Source of the DNA: Gekko japonicus
Taxonomy: Eukaryota
NCBI RefSeq assembly: GCF_001447785.1
Contig: NW_015169277.1
Coordinates: forward strand, 62,001-126,000
Direction: 5' to 3'
Length of the DNA stretch: 64,000 nucleotides
Made by a program: the position numbers and the translations under genes. Positions within the stretch are counted from its first letter, which is position 1; every line of letters begins with the position of its first letter. Positions 60,658 to 64,000 of the stretch are shown here, piece after piece. The notes under the pieces are model-generated. The model ran no database searches. It saw only the letters and a list, made by a program, of their open reading frames with translations, and was not told the origin of the DNA.

Positions 60658-61049
60658 CCTCTCCCCACAACCATGCCGCCACTGAATTGGACCCTGCCTA
60701 GTACCTGTGATCTCAGACTGCTGGCCCACTCCACGTCTTGTGCTCTACAATGTCTTGGAATGCTCTTGGACTTGGCTACTGGATTTGCCCTACTAGCTTC
60801 GGTAACCCAGGGGCCATCTCTTTGACTACACTATTTGGACTCTGCATCCCTGTTCTGCCTTGCTCGGTCCAGAGATACCCCAACACGTGCCGGGAACTAG
60901 TGGGAACGGGACACTGACTTCTGTCCAACTTCTCTTCAGCAAGCAGGCAACATGTGTGAGGCCAGCTGTTTAGCTTTGAACTTAGCATTAGCCCCTAGTT
61001 TCCCACACATACTTGTCTACAAAGGAATGAAGAATGAAATATGCCATTT

Positions 61050-61455
61050 ATTAGCAACCGACTCATGGTGACCCCAGGAGGACCATGGAGTGTTCAAGGC
61101 AAGAGATCAGCAGAGGTGGTTTTGCCTCAGCTTTCCTCGGCATAGCGGCCCCAGTCTTCATTGGTGGCCTCCAGTGTTCCCTCTAAGCAGAGTTAGTGTG
61201 AGCTAGCTCACTGTTTTTTAGCCTCCAGCTCACACGTTTTTGTCTCAGCTCAGGAAGGATGGCTCCAGAGCAAACTTATTTATGTAGTAGCCGAATCGCT
61301 TGCTCACAACTTTAATGCCAGTAGCTCACAAAGTAGAATTTTTGCTCTCAAGACTCCACGGCTTAGAGGGAACACTGGTGGCCTCCCATCCCAATCCGAA
61401 GCGTGGCCCACCCTCTTTAGCTCCCACTCCCTGACAAGCCCAGGAGACTCTGGGA
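61050..61455 (-). mobile_element. 5S rRNA-derived SINE (decayed), split by a MITE
   Basis: Tail at 61050-61171 and 5S-like head at 61386-61455. Confidence 0.6.
61172..61377 (+). mobile_element. hAT MITE family A
   Basis: Perfect TIR CAGTGTTCCCTCTAAG...CTTAGAGGGAACACTG; perfect 8-bp TSD GTGGCCTC. Confidence 0.95.
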
Positions 61456-62323
61456 CAAACAAACATCAAGGGAAGATTTGCATGTACAGGAGAAGGCTGG
61501 TTTTCCAAACGAGTGTCGTTCTAGGATGGTTATACGGCTCCGTTTCCAGGATCACAGAAGAATATGAAGCCGCAGTAGAAAGGAGGTAGAAATAAGCCTA
61601 ATTAGTACAAATTCAACCCAACTCATTAGTACTCTACATCATCAAACACAGACTCAATTAGGCTGCCGTCGAGCCAAAGTTAAGCGCTCTGGAATCGCAT
61701 CCATTTCAACAGGAGAAAGTGTGAAGCACGATCTGACAAGGACATTTCCCTCAAAACATAAATAATACAACGACGTCGCAAAGCCCACCTCTCGTTGGTG
61801 CCTTGCATCTGACTCCTCTTCACAATATTATCCCCGGACGTACCAAAGCTTATTGCAATAATCCAACGAGCAAGCAAGCAAACAAAAATACAATCTCCCT
61901 TCTCAGAGCCTTATAAAATGCTGTAAATAACATCTAACTTTAATCTTACGCAATATATGCATTTAAATACTCTCTCCATTTCCCAGATTTTGGATAATCA
62001 ACTTTGAGTTGCAGGCACTGTCCTTTTTCCGGCGGCAGCAGAAAGTGCATGAGCATTTATTGGTCGGAGGCAGACGTCTGGAAGTTCACAGGGTTGTTTG
62101 CAGGCAAACACGTTTTCATGTAAAAAATAGGGGATTCCCTGAAAGATTTCCCCAACAATCCCCCCCTTTTTAGCTTCTATACTGTTGCTTCAGCATAGTT
62201 TTTGTTTCCTGCAATAGTTTTCTTCCTCCCAATGATTTCAGCCAACCAGATTTCAGTGTACACCATTTGAGTTCAGAGGCACCACCCCCAGGATGTCCAG
62301 TCACCCACGGCTTCCAGGTTCTC

Positions 62324-62884
62324 CTCAGCGCCTGTGCATGAGCGGCCGATTCAGATTGTGACTGTTTGCTCGTGTGAAGGAGGGAATTCAGCCTCTCCCC
62401 TGCACCAGAAGAAGAAGAAGAAGAGTTTGTATTTATACCCCACCCAAAACTACTCAAAGGTGTCTCAGAGCGGCTTACAAACTCCTTTCCCTTCCCCTCC
62501 CCACAACAGATACCACTTGGCTCAGCTCCTGTGTATGAGTGGCCGATTCAGATCGTGACTGTTTGCTTGTGTGAAGGAGGGAATTCAGCCTCCCCCCTGC
62601 ACCAGAAGAAGAGATTGGATTTATACCCTGCCCTTTCCTACCCAAAGGAGTCTCAGAGTGGCTTACAAACTCCTTTCCCTTCCCCTCCCCCCAACAGACA
62701 CCCTGTGAGGTAGGTGGGGCTGAGAGAACTCTTGACAGAAACTGCTCTTTTTCAAGAACAGCTCTTATCGGAACTACGGCTTGCCCAAGGTCATCCAGCC
62801 AGGTGCAAGCGGAGGAGTGGGGAATCAAACCCGGTTCTCCCAGGTTAGAGTCCGCGCACTCAACCACTACACCAAACTGGCTCT
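62324..62884 (-). mobile_element. Squam3 SINE (62604-62884) with a duplicated flank plus tail (62324-62511 approximately equals 62521-62700)
   Basis: ~85 bp of unique flank and the SINE 3' part occur twice. Confidence 0.85.
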
Positions 62885-62914
62885 CACCAGATCCAGAAGT
62901 GGATATGCAAGTAT

Positions 62915-63135
62915 ATTATTTATTTACACCTCACTTTTCTCCCCAGTGGGAGCCCAAAGTAGCTTACATCGTTCTCTTCTCCTCCATTTCATCTTCACAA
63001 CAACCCTGGGATGTAGGTTAAGCTGAGTGTGGGTGACTGGCCCAAGGTCTCCCAGCAAGCTTCCATGGCCAAGTGGGGATTCAAAGCTGGGTCTTCCAGA
63101 TGCTAGTCCAGCACTTTGGCCACTACACCACACTG
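62915..63135 (-). mobile_element. older CORE/MIR-like tRNA SINE
   Basis: Reverse complement GTGTGGTGTAGTGGCC...GTGACCTTGGGCCAGTCAC-like core and TAAATAA tail. Confidence 0.6.
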
Positions 63136-63409
63136 CTTCTCCAGTGGGCCAGACACACCCCTGGAACCACCACAGAGTGGGACAGTGGTGCAAGGGGAAG
63201 GCAGAGCCAAAACTGCAATCTGAATTGGGCACTGCCCTCTGCCACACACGGTCAGAACCCAGGACCCTACTGTGCACTGCTGCTCTAGGTGCCCAAGGCT
63301 AGAGAGGGAGGGGCGAGGACAGAGAGACCTTCGCTGAGAGAATCCCCCCATCCACACAACTCTTGTGTGCTTGTGAGTTGTGAGGGACTCCACAATCGAT
63401 TTGTGCAAG

Positions 63410-63712
63410 AAGAGGAAGAGGAAGAAGAAGAAGACAAGAACAAGGAGGAGGAGGAGGACACTGGATTTATACCCCACCCTTCACTCGGCATTTCAGAGTG
63501 GCTTACAATCTCCTTTCCCTTCCTCTCCCCGCAACAGATACTCCATAAGGTTGGTGGGGCTGAGAGAGCTCAGAGAGAACTGCTCTTGAGAGAACAGCTC
63601 TGAGAGAACTGTGACTGACCCAAGGTCACCCAGCTGGCTGCATGTGGAGGAGTGGGGAATCAAACCTGGCTCTCCCAGGTTAGAGCCTGCCATTCTTAAC
63701 CACTACACCAAA
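63410..63712 (-). mobile_element. Squam3-type SINE
   Basis: Full-length reverse-complement copy with a (GAA/GAG)n tail. Confidence 0.9.
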
Positions 63713-64000
63713 GTGCAAGATGCAGTTCTGACTTGTTTTTGATACTGAGACGCGGTCTGAATGGTGAGCTGCCTTGAATAGGACCCTGAAGAGGCAGCCC
63801 AGAAATATCTTAAATAAATACATTCTGATAATAACCGGGAGGTTTCTTGGTTATACAAAGAAGGGTGGGCCATAATTATTTCAAACAAAGAGAAGAGCAG
63901 CAATGCAAGATATTGTACAACTGCCGTCAGTGCAGTGATTTGATGGACTGAACAGAATGCAGGGAACCCCGCTGGGCCCTGGACAACCGTCCATGGGAAA

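Noticed and set aside
60417-60825. Identical ORF starts on both strands
   Set aside because: A trivial consequence of the palindrome and the (CTT/CCT)n tract

Overview
Repeat-rich vertebrate DNA from a squamate reptile, most likely a gecko. This is inferred from abundant Squam3-type tRNA SINEs together with Sauria/Squam1, Squam2, BovB, CR1, L2 and Penelope remnants; family names are recalled by eye, not from a search. It is a draft assembly with six N gaps. No recognisable host protein-coding gene is present, and nearly all listed ORFs are repeat-, low-complexity- or gap-derived. The window looks intronic or intergenic, with repeat-free islands that may be enhancers, a CpG-rich promoter-like patch (~17.8-18.7 kb) and a few well-formed minus-strand exon-like segments that could encode a lncRNA or a 67-aa peptide. 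The most notable structure lies in the mobile DNA: (1) a young CpG-rich SINE with a Sauria-type head but an unrelated body and (TAAA)n tail; (2) a non-autonomous Helitron with a GC-rich internal minisatellite; (3) a 5S-rRNA-headed SINE family whose tail matches an RTE LINE also present here; (4) several hAT and Harbinger MITEs with clean TSDs, including an apparent local hop and a foldback inserted into a palindromic target; (5) Penelope ends with decayed hammerhead cores; (6) a perfect 208-bp palindrome; and (7) about ten local tandem duplications of 90-450 bp. No CRISPR array, prokaryotic-type system or intact autonomous element is supported.
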